Shown here: piece after piece, positions 17,935-28,297 of the stretch
Position numbering within the stretch: the stretch's first letter is position 1
Layout: each line of letters starts with the position of its first letter
Assembly: GCA_964468805.1 (NCBI GenBank)
Contig: CAYXWM010000004.1
Span: 969-64,968, forward strand
DNA from: an uncultured Defluviitaleaceae bacterium
GTDB taxonomy: Bacteria; Bacillota; Clostridia; Lachnospirales; WRBF01
Direction of reading: 5' to 3'
DNA length: 64,000 bases
Position numbers and translations under genes: made by a program
Notes under the pieces: generated by a model
What the model saw: the letters and a program-made list of their open reading frames with translations, nothing else
What the model was told of the DNA's origin: nothing
Databases searched by the model: none

Positions 17935-20007
17935 TCAGTATGTCTTACCGATAACCGTTAATTTTTTTAAATTAATGGGTAACCAATTTCCGTTGGGTTG
18001 TTTCCTACAGGTATAAGTATTCTCGAAACTTTTAACATGTATAGGTTCATCGTAATTTTGTATTTGATAGGTCTCCCTGACAACCACATCACAAAGATCC
18101 GTACCCACGTAATCCTTGGATATAACCTCGAAGGACAGAAGTTGTTCTGTTACTTTCTTTGTTTCAACATATTTCTTTTGAGTAGTATAAAGCTCGCTTC
18201 CTGCCTCTATATAATCCTGTAAATAAGAGAAGTTATTGGCATTGATAGCCTTAACAAACCCACGAAGATAATTGGAAATTGCCAAGTCTATGCCCGTAAT
18301 CCCTGCCCCGGTATTATCCATACCGAAAATAAGCCTTGGCTGATATTGATAACTGGTGTTGCCGCCGTAATTATTGGCTTGATACTCTAATATAATGTCT
18401 CTTGTTGAGTCATCATCGGGATTTTCTATTGTGTATTCCAAAACATAAAGTTCTTTTTGTTCACGATAAATAGAATCGTATATTTCCCTTAAATTATAAA
18501 GGTCGTTAATATTTCTATAGAATCCGCCTGTGGATTGAGCTATTTCTCGCAAAGACCATTCTTCAACATCCGAACCAACCCCAACAATAAATATGGGTAT
18601 CTGATAACGTTTGGCTATATCTATAACGGATTCTTTAGTATTATAACTTATGTTATCCTGTCCGTCGGTAAAGGCTATGATGCACTTTGCTCCTTCTTGT
18701 AAAACTGTTCTGTTTACTGCGGTATACAAAGCATCGTATAGGCAGGTAAGACCGGAAGTACTCAAGCCGGCAGCAGACCTTGCAATCTCATCCTTATCAT
18801 TAGTAAAATCCACAACAGAATAAACTTGGTCGCTAAAGGCTAAAAGCTCTAATTTGTCTCCGGCATTAAACTGCATTGTTTTTGCAAAACCGATGATGGT
18901 GCTTTTGGCTGCTTCCAACATTTCGTAGGACATACTGCCGCTGACGTCGGCTACAAGATCAATGTTTAAGCTTTCCTTTTCATTTAGCTGTACTACCTCG
19001 CTGATTTTACGGCTTATGTACTCGCCGGTGATTTTATCAAATTCTCCCAAATAGAAAAAGTCCTTTATTAAATCCTTGGGGCTTGTATCATTGTTTTTGT
19101 CATTTGCCTGAAAATAAAGCTTAATCTTGGGGTAATTGTATGTGTCCACCTGTTTTACGGTCAGTTCCAAGTTATCCAAGGGTGCCGGAACAAAACTTCC
19201 TTTTCCCACGATACTGCGATTGTTTATAACCGCCTCCACATTAAAAGGCACATCAACCTTGCCTCTTTCCTCAGATTGGGTTTCAAAGGCAATCTCATAA
19301 TGTAAATCCTTAATTTCATCTACATACAGGGGTTCTGATTTTACACCGCTTTCGTCAATTCCAAGCTTATCTAAATTAAAAGTCAGCACAGGACTATTAT
19401 TAACTTCTTTAAACGAAAACTGAACCAAGATTTGGGGATACGATTCAGAATTAACACTATCAACAGTCAGCTCCCATTTTGGAAGCTTTGGAGATCGGAA
19501 GCTGAAATTGCCTTCAACGACTTTTTTATCTCCGTCAGAGATACTGATTTTAAAAGGAACGGTCTTTTCGTCATAATCTTCAAATTGAGTTATATATGTA
19601 ATTTTGTATTTTGTATCATCTATCCTACTAATTTCCTTTAAATCAGAGGTTTTATCATCTTCTGTAATTTCTATATCTTCTGTCTGCAGTTTTTCAGCCA
19701 AATTCTTGCTTAACTCCAATTCAAAAGAAACCTCCGGAAAATATTGAGTATTAAATTCACCTACATTTATTTTCTCCGTGAACATAAATGCCGCAAAATA
19801 TACGCCCACACCAATTAAAGAAAGAAGCACTGCTCCCAACACCCCAAAAAGTATATACGGTTTTCGTGATTTCTCTTTCTCTTTCTCTTTATTTTCCTGC
19901 ACGGGTTCCGCAGGAGCAACCTCCGTGGTATCTTTAAGACTTTCACCGCACTTACTGCAAAATTTTGCGTCGAGTTTATTTTCACTGCCGCAATTAGAAC
20001 AAAACAT
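17935..20007 (-). CDS. Membrane-anchored zinc-ribbon / Ig-like repeats / von Willebrand factor A domain protein with a TcaA/NTF2-like C-terminus
   Basis: N-terminal MFCSNCGSENKLDAKFCSKCG zinc ribbon. One TM segment. vWA MIDAS motif DLVADVSGSMS plus ..IIAFTDGQDN. AGGAGTG RBS. Confidence 0.8.
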   Translation of the reverse strand: MFCSNCGSENKLDAKFCSKCGESLKDTTEVAPAEPVQENKEKEKEKSRKPYILFGVLGAVLLSLIGVGVYFAAFMFTEKINVGEFNTQYFPEVSFELELSKNLAEKLQTEDIEITEDDKTSDLKEISRIDDTKYKITYITQFEDYDEKTVPFKISISDGDKKVVEGNFSFRSPKLPKWELTVDSVNSESYPQILVQFSFKEVNNSPVLTFNLDKLGIDESGVKSEPLYVDEIKDLHYEIAFETQSEERGKVDVPFNVEAVINNRSIVGKGSFVPAPLDNLELTVKQVDTYNYPKIKLYFQANDKNNDTSPKDLIKDFFYLGEFDKITGEYISRKISEVVQLNEKESLNIDLVADVSGSMSYEMLEAAKSTIIGFAKTMQFNAGDKLELLAFSDQVYSVVDFTNDKDEIARSAAGLSTSGLTCLYDALYTAVNRTVLQEGAKCIIAFTDGQDNISYNTKESVIDIAKRYQIPIFIVGVGSDVEEWSLREIAQSTGGFYRNINDLYNLREIYDSIYREQKELYVLEYTIENPDDDSTRDIILEYQANNYGGNTSYQYQPRLIFGMDNTGAGITGIDLAISNYLRGFVKAINANNFSYLQDYIEAGSELYTTQKKYVETKKVTEQLLSFEVISKDYVGTDLCDVVVRETYQIQNYDEPIHVKSFENTYTCRKQPNGNWLPINLKKLTVIGKTY

Positions 20008-20355
20008 AAATCACACTCCTAAATAAGGTTAAGGTTTATACTTATACTGATTCCTTATGCAACTAAGTTTAAGCATTTCCTTAGGTAAATTTGAATACGA
20101 ACCATGACTTAGCTAACGGTTTGGTAATTTAAAACAACTGTTTGTTAATAATTTTGCATTTTATCATAATCGATGACAATATTCAACATATACAAAGAAG
20201 TGATTAATAAAATCTTTTATTTAAGCATGTTGAAGCCTTATGAGTAAACCTGTTTGAAAAAAGCAGTGATATATGTTAAAATGAACCATAGGTATACCAT
20301 AAAATTTTAGAATCAGCGTATTGAACATAATTCGAACACGAGAGGAAAATACCAC

Positions 20356-21174
20356 ATGACAATTAAAAGTTATACTTTGGCAAACGGAGTAGAAATTCCG
20401 GCTTTAGGATATGGAACTTACAAGGTGGAAGATGGAAATCAGGCCGTTGAATCTGTAAAGACGGCTCTGGCTACGGGTTATCGCCATATTGATACTGCGT
20501 CATTCTATGGAAATGAAGAAAGCATAGGAGAGGCTGTCAGACAAAGCGGAATACCCCGTAATGAAGTGTTTGTGGTAAGCAAGGTTTGGAATACGGAACA
20601 GGGCTACGAAAAAACCATAAACTCCTTTGAGACTTCCCTGAAAAAGATGAAATTTGATTACCTTGATTTGTTCCTTGTTCATTGGCCCAAGGAAATCAGC
20701 GGAGAAACTTGGAGAGCCTTGGAGAAGCTTTACAGAGAAGGAAAAATTCGAGCTATAGGTGTTTCCAACTTCATGGTTCATCACTTGGAAAACTTATTAA
20801 AAACAGCCGAAATCATGCCTATGGTAAATCAGATTGAATTTCACCCTCAACTAATGCAAAAAGGTGTTTTGGATTATTGTAAGGAAAAGAATATTATAGT
20901 TGAGGCTTGGGCTCCGTTAATGCGAGGCAGAATATTTGACATACCGCTGTTAAAAGAACTGTCGGAAAAATACAATCGCACAATTTCCCAAATAGTTTTA
21001 AGGTGGGATTTGCAAATGGGCGTTGTAACTTTGCCCAAAACGGTTAACCCAAACAGGATAGCAGAAAACATGAATATTTTCGACTTTGAACTGTCTCAAG
21101 AAGATATGCAAAAAATTTGTGATTTAAATACTGAAGAAAGAATAGGTGCCGATCCGGATAAAATTGATTTTTAG
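20356..21174 (+). CDS. Aldo/keto reductase (DkgA/YvgN-like)
   Basis: LGYGTYK..GYRHIDTASFYGNEESIG..LDLFLVHWP..IGVSNF signature motifs. Confidence 0.9.
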   Translation: MTIKSYTLANGVEIPALGYGTYKVEDGNQAVESVKTALATGYRHIDTASFYGNEESIGEAVRQSGIPRNEVFVVSKVWNTEQGYEKTINSFETSLKKMKFDYLDLFLVHWPKEISGETWRALEKLYREGKIRAIGVSNFMVHHLENLLKTAEIMPMVNQIEFHPQLMQKGVLDYCKEKNIIVEAWAPLMRGRIFDIPLLKELSEKYNRTISQIVLRWDLQMGVVTLPKTVNPNRIAENMNIFDFELSQEDMQKICDLNTEERIGADPDKIDF

Positions 21175-21200
21175 TTGATTGAAATGGGGGTAATTTCTTT

Positions 21201-22052
21201 ATGGTTGAGATACTGTCTGTAATTGATAATTTAAGCTGTTCGCCCAATTATCATGCGGAACACGGATTGTCCTTGCATATAAAGCAAAATGAAGACTGTT
21301 ATTTGCTGGATACAGGGGCATCCGAAAAGTTTATGGAAAACGCGGGAAAAATGGGCGTTGATTTGAAAGGTTTAAAAGCCGTTTTTATTTCTCATAACCA
21401 CTATGATCATATGGGCGGTCTTTCTCACTTATTGGAGCATAATAAGGAAGTAAAGGTTTATATTAAAAACTCTGCTAAAAGTGAGTTTTATTATAAAGTC
21501 TTTTGCTTTAAAAAGAACGTGGGTGACCAAAAGGGTACGCTTGAAAAGTATGCTGACAGATTTGTGTTTTTTGAGGATGATTTGAGTATTACAGACTCTT
21601 TTAAATTGCTTTCAAACAACGTTGTCAATGAATATTATTCTTGTAAAGATAAGAAGCTTTTGGAAAAACAGGCAGGGCACTTCGTCCCCGACCGGTTTAA
21701 TCATGAATTGTTTGCAGTTATTGAAGAAAACAAGGAATTAATCGTAGTAAGCAGTTGCAGTCACAGCGGTATTGTAAATATCCTTGATACGGTAAAAGAA
21801 AAATATCAGGATAAGCCCATTTCACATTTAATCGGCGGATTTCATTTAGCCGGAATAGGTTTAAACGGAAAACCTTCAAAATTAAACTGCTCGGAAGATT
21901 ACATAAAAGAGGTCTGCCAAATTCTTTCGGAACGTTGCAAACAAGTTTATACTTGCCATTGTACCGGAACCATGGCTTATAATATTATGAAAAGAGAGAT
22001 GGGAGACGGTATTTCTTATCTTGATGCAGGAACGAGAATAATAATTAATTGA
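21201..22052 (+). CDS. MBL-fold metallo-hydrolase (COG1237-like)
   Basis: ISHNHYDHMGG (HxHxDH) motif. AEHGLSL..LLDTGAS N-terminal pattern. Confidence 0.8.
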   Translation: MVEILSVIDNLSCSPNYHAEHGLSLHIKQNEDCYLLDTGASEKFMENAGKMGVDLKGLKAVFISHNHYDHMGGLSHLLEHNKEVKVYIKNSAKSEFYYKVFCFKKNVGDQKGTLEKYADRFVFFEDDLSITDSFKLLSNNVVNEYYSCKDKKLLEKQAGHFVPDRFNHELFAVIEENKELIVVSSCSHSGIVNILDTVKEKYQDKPISHLIGGFHLAGIGLNGKPSKLNCSEDYIKEVCQILSERCKQVYTCHCTGTMAYNIMKREMGDGISYLDAGTRIIIN

Positions 22053-22166
22053 TAATATTAGACAAAACCCGGAAACTTTGCTATAGTATTGGAATCTATG
22101 AATCATCAACCCATGAGTATTTTATAAATATCTCTGATGAGTTCGTTGACAGATAATTTTTTACTG

Positions 22167-22256
22167 ATTCCATATAAGATGAGGGACAAAAATAATTGTT
22201 TTTCCTTGAGCCGTTGGAACAAATCAATTATTTTTGTCCTCTGTTTAAAATGGAAT
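22167..22256 (+). repeat. Rep-A copy A (long-hairpin interspersed repeat)
   Basis: ATTCCATATAAGATGAGGGACAAAAATAATTG..CAATTATTTTTGTCCTCTGTTTAAAATGGAAT. Ends 28 nt before the start at 22284. Confidence 0.9.
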
Positions 22257-22283
22257 AAGTATACATAATTCAGGAGAGTGACT

Positions 22284-22613
22284 ATGAGACATAATGTGGA
22301 TTTAAGACCTAACGAAACAATTATTGAAGTAACAAAAGGTGACTTATGGGTAGGATGGTCATTTGCTTCCAAACAAAACCGGGGCAGATACACATTTACA
22401 GATCAAAGAGTAATTTTCACCCCGACACAGTTATTGGCTATGGGAAGCGATATAGAATTTAACTACAGTGACGTAGAAAGCTTAGAAAAATGCTCCATAG
22501 GTCCGTTTTTACCTTTTGGAGTCAAAGTGATAACAAAACAAGGTGAAAAGTATAAATTGTCACTTATGAAAAGAGATAAATGGATTAAAATTATAAACGA
22601 CAGGATGTCTTAA
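22284..22613 (+). CDS. Small PH/GRAM-like domain protein (hypothetical)
   Basis: AGGAGA lies 7 nt upstream of the ATG at 22284. The size and beta-rich pattern are reminiscent of bacterial PH (YokE-like) domains. A terminator-like hairpin follows at about 22643-22680. Confidence 0.5.
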   Translation: MRHNVDLRPNETIIEVTKGDLWVGWSFASKQNRGRYTFTDQRVIFTPTQLLAMGSDIEFNYSDVESLEKCSIGPFLPFGVKVITKQGEKYKLSLMKRDKWIKIINDRMS

Positions 22614-22910
22614 TAACCTCAAAGAAAATATTATAATACGCTGAAAGTCCCGGAATTTAAAATTTCGGGATTTTTTTATTTCGGTAATTCCCCGGTCGCG
22701 ATCCTACTATCAGCAAAATGATGTTTTATTAATATAACCTTATAGAATAATAGCAAAAATTACCGGATTTATATTGTTATAACATTAATAATATGATAAT
22801 ATTGTATTAGACAAGAATAGTATGGGGGTGGTGTTGTGATAAATCAATGAAAAGAAAAAAGATTTTGCAAGACACCGCGACTAACTTGTTTCCTACATAA
22901 TTTCAGCGGT

Positions 22911-23021
22911 TATACTTAATTTCGAGTTAAGTAGTAACAAAAGCGTATATTTATAAAAACACAAGAGCGAACTGTTTACGAAGAATAGCTTTTATTACTA
23001 TTCCTTATGCAATTAAGTATA
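22911..23021 (-). repeat. Rep-C long copy 1 (TIR-bounded element)
   Basis: Bounded by TATACTTAATT.. and ..CAATTAAGTATA (12-bp inverted termini). The interior is homologous, in inverted orientation, to 41576..41712. Confidence 0.85.
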
Positions 23022-23076
23022 TAAACTTATTTGAATCTGAAAAAAAGCCGTGAAAAACGGCGGATAGGAGATATGT

Positions 23077-24534
23077 ATGAGAAAAATAATATCAGGTTTG
23101 TTGATTTTAGTTTTATGTACTGCTTTTTTGAGCGGTTGCAGTAAGGAAGAGATAAATTATCTTAATCTTACACGAGAGATGTCTGCCTTGGAATCCGCAC
23201 AGGATGTAGGAAGGCTTGACATTGAATTAGGTGAGGCTTGGGTAAGGGAAAAAGTAAAATTGTCGGTTGATTATCGTATGAATATGGCTGTAGATTACTT
23301 TGATTTGAATTTGGCGGTTACATATAACGGAACAAAAGCCGGTAATATTGATGTTATTTATGATTTCCAAAAAACAGATTCAATTTATATATCAGCAAAA
23401 GGCGTTTTAGACCTTATCCCATTATACGAAAAGCTGGGCTTTAGAGTATCCAAGGATGTAAAAGAGGCTCTTAAAGACAAAGACTATATTGTAGTTGATA
23501 TGAGTGCAAATGATAACCAAGATTTTGTGGATTACAAACGAAACTTTAAAAACAGAAGCCAAGTCTCCAAATATTTATATGATTTCTTGGAAATGGCATT
23601 TGGGCAATTCAGCACGGGTGTTGTTTCCGAGAAAGACGGTGAATATAAAATATCTTTAAACAATCAACAGATTTATGAGTTGTTTAAAAACACCGTGAAT
23701 TATATTTCTCAAGACCCCGAACGTTTTTACAGCCAATTCTTAAAATTTATCAAAAAGACCTATTTATATCCTCAAAATATAATAGACGCACTTGAGGCAC
23801 AGGACAAAGCATTTCGGTATAACATGAACACTTTAAACCAATCCCTGGAGCAAAGCGAACCTTATACATTAGAATACTTATCTATGCTTGAGGGAACCAA
23901 GTTTGAATCCTCACTTAAAAAGGAATCCGGAAAATATGTTCAGACTACGAATTTTGTCTTAAAATATTCCAATGATGTCGTCCTTAAATTAACCGATAAA
24001 AATACCATGACCCCGGGTAAGGTTACCCCTAAGGAAATCACCGGAAACTTCTTTGATTACAATGAGCTTCTTGAAATAATGTATCACAAAGGCAAGTTCG
24101 AAAGTATGGATATTTACTTGAATCGTTCAGAACCGGAAGGCACCCCGTATGTGCATGCTTCTTATGAGAATGGCTATGATGGTGGCTATGTAGATTACTT
24201 TAATTCTGATAACAGTCTGTATGTCAGTCTGCCTTCAATCTGTAGACTCATGGGTGAGGAAGTTGAATTGGATGAGGAGAACAAAACAGCACACTTTACC
24301 GTAAACGATGCTAAGATCCAAATGCCGGTCATTATGAAAGACGGCAATGCTTTTGTGAAATTAAGGGATTTTGAAAAGCTGGGGTATACTGTTGACTATC
24401 ATGTGAAATATAGAGCGAAACATGAAGAGGAATATGAAGAGGACTATGACGAGGACTATGAAGCGGACTATGACGAGGACTATGAAGCGGACTATTACGA
24501 GGAATACGCTATCGTTACTGTTTACAAATCCTAA
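23077..24534 (+). CDS. Lipoprotein with a C-terminal stalk-like (Cu-amine-oxidase-N-like) domain and an acidic Tyr-rich tail
   Basis: Lipobox FLSGCS. The tail is KHEEEYEEDYDEDYEADYDEDYEADYYEEY, encoded by 24-nt tandem units at about 24438-24500. A bidirectional terminator hairpin lies at about 24543-24585. Confidence 0.75.
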   Translation: MRKIISGLLILVLCTAFLSGCSKEEINYLNLTREMSALESAQDVGRLDIELGEAWVREKVKLSVDYRMNMAVDYFDLNLAVTYNGTKAGNIDVIYDFQKTDSIYISAKGVLDLIPLYEKLGFRVSKDVKEALKDKDYIVVDMSANDNQDFVDYKRNFKNRSQVSKYLYDFLEMAFGQFSTGVVSEKDGEYKISLNNQQIYELFKNTVNYISQDPERFYSQFLKFIKKTYLYPQNIIDALEAQDKAFRYNMNTLNQSLEQSEPYTLEYLSMLEGTKFESSLKKESGKYVQTTNFVLKYSNDVVLKLTDKNTMTPGKVTPKEITGNFFDYNELLEIMYHKGKFESMDIYLNRSEPEGTPYVHASYENGYDGGYVDYFNSDNSLYVSLPSICRLMGEEVELDEENKTAHFTVNDAKIQMPVIMKDGNAFVKLRDFEKLGYTVDYHVKYRAKHEEEYEEDYDEDYEADYDEDYEADYYEEYAIVTVYKS

Positions 24535-24620
24535 TTCCCATTAAAAAAATGCAGCCCCGGATTAACCACGGGCTGCATTTTTTTACGGCAGAAATACTAA
24601 CAAATGTTCGCATATATTTC

Positions 24621-25865
24621 TCATTTAAAGAAGTTTATGGGATGAATAATATGCTCGTCCTTGGGGTTTACTTTTGTTATGTTTTTATCCAAGAGAAACA
24701 GCCCCTTTTTTATAGAATGATACCCGAAACGTTCCCTTAATTTATCCACCATATGCTCCATAATCTCCGCCTTGTCCCGTTTGTCCATATCCGTAAAAAG
24801 ACTTAGCTGAACAAAGGCATCTTTGTCCACCGGGTTTGTACCTCGAACTCCAATGCTCCTTATGGGATGATACATTTTGTATTTGGTCAGGAAGATTTCC
24901 ATTGCCTTTTCGGCAATTTCCGAAGAAATAAAGGTTGGCATTTTTAACCCGGCTTGGCGTTCACAGGACATAAGGTTCTTGTCACGGACGTAAATTTGAA
25001 CGGTGGTGCATTTTAGCCCGTGTTTTCTGAGCCTTGCCGCTACGCTTTCGGAGAGCATATAAATAACGATTTTTACGTCATCCGGGGTAAGCAGGTCACG
25101 AGGCGTTGTTATGGAGTTTCCTATGCTTTTTATAAAGGACTCCGGATTGCTTGAGGACACGGGAGAATTGTCTATACCGTTGGCAAAACGGTGCAACACC
25201 AACCCCCATTTTCCAAGACAACCGTAAAGATATTTATAATGGCAGTTTGCTAAGTCTCCTATGGTGTTTATGTTTAGACTGCGTAATTTTTTGGTGGTGG
25301 AACGCCCCACATAGAGTAATTCGGATGCAGGTAATGTCCAGACCAGATTTTTAAAGTTTTCCTTGGTTATAACCGTGGTTGCGTCCGGCTTTTTCATGTC
25401 ACTGCCCAGTTTAGCAAAAACTTTATTGAAACTTACCCCAACCGAGGCGGTTATTCCTACTTCTTTAAGAATTCTGTGGCGTATTTCGTTGGCTATGGTA
25501 GGGCCGCTTCCGAAAAGCCCCACGCTACCGCTTACGTCCAACCAACATTCGTCTATACCAAAGGATTCCACTTGGTCTGTATATTCTTCGTAAATACTCT
25601 TGACTGTTTTGGAAAACTGTAAATACAGTGAAAAATTAGCCGGTAGGCATATTAATCCCGGGCATTTCTGTTTTGCCTGCCAAATAGGCTCGCCTGTTTT
25701 TACCCCCGTCTTTTTTGCAGGTTGGTTTTTTGCCAAAATAATTCCGTGCCTTGCATTGGGGTCACCGCAAACAGCCACAGGCTTCATTCTTAAATCGGGT
25801 CTAAACAAACATTCCACCGAGGCATAAAAATTATTTAAGTCGGAATGTAATATAACCCTATCCAC
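24621..25865 (-). CDS. dinB: DNA polymerase IV (Y-family)
   Basis: ILHSDLNNFYASVECLFRPDLRMKPVAVCG and downstream Y-family motifs. GTG start 4 nt after GGAGGTGA. Confidence 0.9.
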   Translation of the reverse strand: MDRVILHSDLNNFYASVECLFRPDLRMKPVAVCGDPNARHGIILAKNQPAKKTGVKTGEPIWQAKQKCPGLICLPANFSLYLQFSKTVKSIYEEYTDQVESFGIDECWLDVSGSVGLFGSGPTIANEIRHRILKEVGITASVGVSFNKVFAKLGSDMKKPDATTVITKENFKNLVWTLPASELLYVGRSTTKKLRSLNINTIGDLANCHYKYLYGCLGKWGLVLHRFANGIDNSPVSSSNPESFIKSIGNSITTPRDLLTPDDVKIVIYMLSESVAARLRKHGLKCTTVQIYVRDKNLMSCERQAGLKMPTFISSEIAEKAMEIFLTKYKMYHPIRSIGVRGTNPVDKDAFVQLSLFTDMDKRDKAEIMEHMVDKLRERFGYHSIKKGLFLLDKNITKVNPKDEHIIHPINFFK

Positions 25866-25880
25866 CGATTCACCTCCGAT

Positions 25881-25928
25881 AAAACATATGTTCGATTATT
25901 ATTATATTACTTTCGGAGGAAAATACAA
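25881..25928 (-). promoter_or_regulatory. dinB promoter with a LexA (Cheo/SOS) box
   Basis: Read in gene orientation: TTGTAT (25928-25923), 16-nt spacer, TATAAT (25906-25901), 6 nt, then CGAACATATGTTTT (25894-25881). The Firmicute consensus is CGAACATATGTTCG, so the left half is perfect. Confidence 0.6.
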
Positions 25929-26018
25929 CAGAAATATTCCGGCAGTTTTTGATAGGGTTTGACAAATCTTGAAGCAAATTAGAGTTAGACCATTTATTGG
26001 CAATGTATAGATATACTG

Positions 26019-26109
26019 ACTCCATTTTAAAACACAGGACAAAAATAATTGATTTTTTCCAACGGTTTAAGGAAAAACGATTATTTTTGTCCTTCAAATT
26101 ATTTGGAAT
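26019..26109 (-). repeat. Rep-A copy B (the only reverse-oriented copy)
   Basis: The reverse complement matches the Rep-A consensus. Lies between the histidine-kinase stop and the dinB promoter. Confidence 0.9.
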
Positions 26110-26154
26110 TGGTTATTAATACCCCGCCTCTATGCGGCGGGGTATTCGGGTAAT

Positions 26155-27657
26155 CTATTCTTCACATCTGCTTAATACAAACCAAAATACACTGCCTTGT
26201 CCCGGTCGGGAAGCAACACCGTAAAGCCCGTTATGGTTTTGTATAATCTGTTTTACTATGGATAGCCCCAAACCGCTGCCGGTAATGGCTCGTTTGTGGG
26301 TTTTATCTACCTTATAATATCTGTCCCAAATATAGGGCAGGCTTTCTTCGGCTATGCCTTCGCCGCTGTCTATGACCTCAATCCGAACGCTGTTTTCATA
26401 ATCTGTTTGCCTTACGGTTACGGTTTTGTCCTCTCCGGAATAATTAATCCCGTTGATTAAAAGATTATAAAAAGCTTGGGATATTTTGCTCTCATCGGCG
26501 TAAACATAGGTTTCTCGTTGGTATTCAAAGTTAATGGTGAAGTTTTCGTTCTTTAGCAGACCTCTGAGCCTTTCCACGGCCTCACGGATACTTTGGGTAA
26601 GATTATACTTTCGCATATCCGGCTGTTGTATTCCGGATTCCAGCTTGGATATATCCAAAACATCGTTAACCAGATTGGTAAGCCGTCTTGATTCGTCTAC
26701 TATAATTTGTGCGTTTTCCGCATTGTTTTCTTCAGGCAAATCACGCATAATTTCCGCATAGCCGGAAATTAGAGTAAGTGGCGTTCGCAAGTCGTGGGAT
26801 ATGTTTGCTATCAATTCACGCCTCAATTTTTCTACCTTAGATAATTCCTTTGCGGCGAAATTTAAGGTATCCGCAAGCTCGGTGATTTCTTTGTAACCCT
26901 TATCGTAGAATTGGATATCGAAATCCCCGGTAGCCAGTTTTTTTGCACTTTGATTAATATTAACTATGGGCTTGGATACGTTTCTGGCTATTATAAACGC
27001 CAATATTACAGAAAAAACAAGCATAATCACGGTTATATAATACAACTGTACCCTTAGGGTATTTACCGTGGAATTAACCGGGGTGATTACGGAATTAAGC
27101 ATAACAGCCACGGTTTCTTTGTTTTCTGTGGTAAATACCTTTACGTAAACTATACTTTCCGGCACAGTAAAGCCGGGCAGTATTCTTATATCGCTGATAA
27201 TTATGTCCTTATCGGTGCTTTCCGAAGGCTGAATCTGAAATTTTGTAATGCCGTTGCGGTCGAAAAATTGCAGGAGTTCGCCGCCTTTTTCTATGGTATT
27301 AATCAGCAGCATAGCCTTTTCATAGGTGGTGAGTTTGTGTATCAAGCAATCACGCAAAACGTCCGAGGAATAGACCTCTTTGCCGTTTTTTGTGAGTATT
27401 TCGACGCAAACGTCGTTTCCTTCGGATATTCCGGTGACTATATTGGGTAAATCTTTATTATTTAAATTTTTTAAAATAGTAGAGGCGGCGGACTTTATGT
27501 CGTTGATTTTAATATGCTTATAGAAGCTTTCCAAAAACACCGTTTGGAACAACCACAGTATTAACAACAACAGCCCGCAAAAGCCCAATAAAAAGCTGAA
27601 TATTTTCCATTTTACGCCGGTATTGCGTCTGCTCTTAACCTTCAAATCTGTAACCAA
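26155..27657 (-). CDS. Sensor histidine kinase (HAMP-HisKA-HATPase)
   Basis: Two TM segments. H-box ELIANISHDLRTPLT. N/G boxes NLLINGINYS and GSGLGLSIV. Confidence 0.85.
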   Translation of the reverse strand: MVTDLKVKSRRNTGVKWKIFSFLLGFCGLLLLILWLFQTVFLESFYKHIKINDIKSAASTILKNLNNKDLPNIVTGISEGNDVCVEILTKNGKEVYSSDVLRDCLIHKLTTYEKAMLLINTIEKGGELLQFFDRNGITKFQIQPSESTDKDIIISDIRILPGFTVPESIVYVKVFTTENKETVAVMLNSVITPVNSTVNTLRVQLYYITVIMLVFSVILAFIIARNVSKPIVNINQSAKKLATGDFDIQFYDKGYKEITELADTLNFAAKELSKVEKLRRELIANISHDLRTPLTLISGYAEIMRDLPEENNAENAQIIVDESRRLTNLVNDVLDISKLESGIQQPDMRKYNLTQSIREAVERLRGLLKNENFTINFEYQRETYVYADESKISQAFYNLLINGINYSGEDKTVTVRQTDYENSVRIEVIDSGEGIAEESLPYIWDRYYKVDKTHKRAITGSGLGLSIVKQIIQNHNGLYGVASRPGQGSVFWFVLSRCEE

Positions 27658-28297
27658 CTCCGCGCAGAGTTTTTATAAATTCCGAATATTTGCCCAATGC
27701 CTTGCGAATCAGTTTAATATGGGTATCCAGGGTGCGGTCGTCACCGAAAAAATCATAACCCCAAACTTCCGTAATTAGCTTCTCCCGAGACAGGGCAACG
27801 TTTTTGTTTTTAACCATAAAAAACAGCAAATCGTATTCCTTGGGTGTCATGTTTATATCCACCCCGTCTACCGAGATTTTTCTTGCGGTAAAATCCACGG
27901 CAAGACCTTCTTTTACGTATTTGTCATGATTTACAGCATTGCCTTTTTTGGCACGTTTCATAATTGCCTCTATACGCATCATCAGTTCCTTGGGAGAAAA
28001 GGGTTTGACAACATAATCATCCACGCCGGATTCAAAGCCGTGGATTTTGTCGTATTCTTCGCCTCTGGCTGAAAGCATAACCACGGGAATGTCATGGGTT
28101 TTGCGGATTTCTTTCACAGCGGAAAAGCCGTCCAGCTCCGGCATCATAACGTCCATAAGAATAATGTCATAATTGCCTTCTCTGCAGAGCTTAACTGCCT
28201 CCATGCCGTTTGCTGCTTCTGTTACCTTATGCCCTTCAAACTCAGCATATTTTTTTATTAGGGCACGTATTTTATCCTCGTCATCCACTATTAACAT
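27635..28297 (-). CDS. OmpR/PhoB-family response regulator
   Basis: MLIVDDEDKIRALI..DIILMDVMMPELDG receiver domain. C-terminal winged helix ..LRGVGYRFEG. The track start at 28369 is probably too long, and ATG 28297 or GTG 28306 after GAGGTG are the likely starts. Confidence 0.85.
   Translation of the reverse strand: MLIVDDEDKIRALIKKYAEFEGHKVTEAANGMEAVKLCREGNYDIILMDVMMPELDGFSAVKEIRKTHDIPVVMLSARGEEYDKIHGFESGVDDYVVKPFSPKELMMRIEAIMKRAKKGNAVNHDKYVKEGLAVDFTARKISVDGVDINMTPKEYDLLFFMVKNKNVALSREKLITEVWGYDFFGDDRTLDTHIKLIRKALGKYSEFIKTLRGVGYRFEG

Noticed and set aside
22106-22393. Peptides encoded inside Rep-A copies (for example MKDKNNRFFLEPLEKINYF.., and track ORFs 22106..22393 and 25870..26097).
   Set aside because: Indels shift the frame between copies, so no reading frame is conserved. 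Conservation follows the hairpin arms instead, so the element is non-coding.
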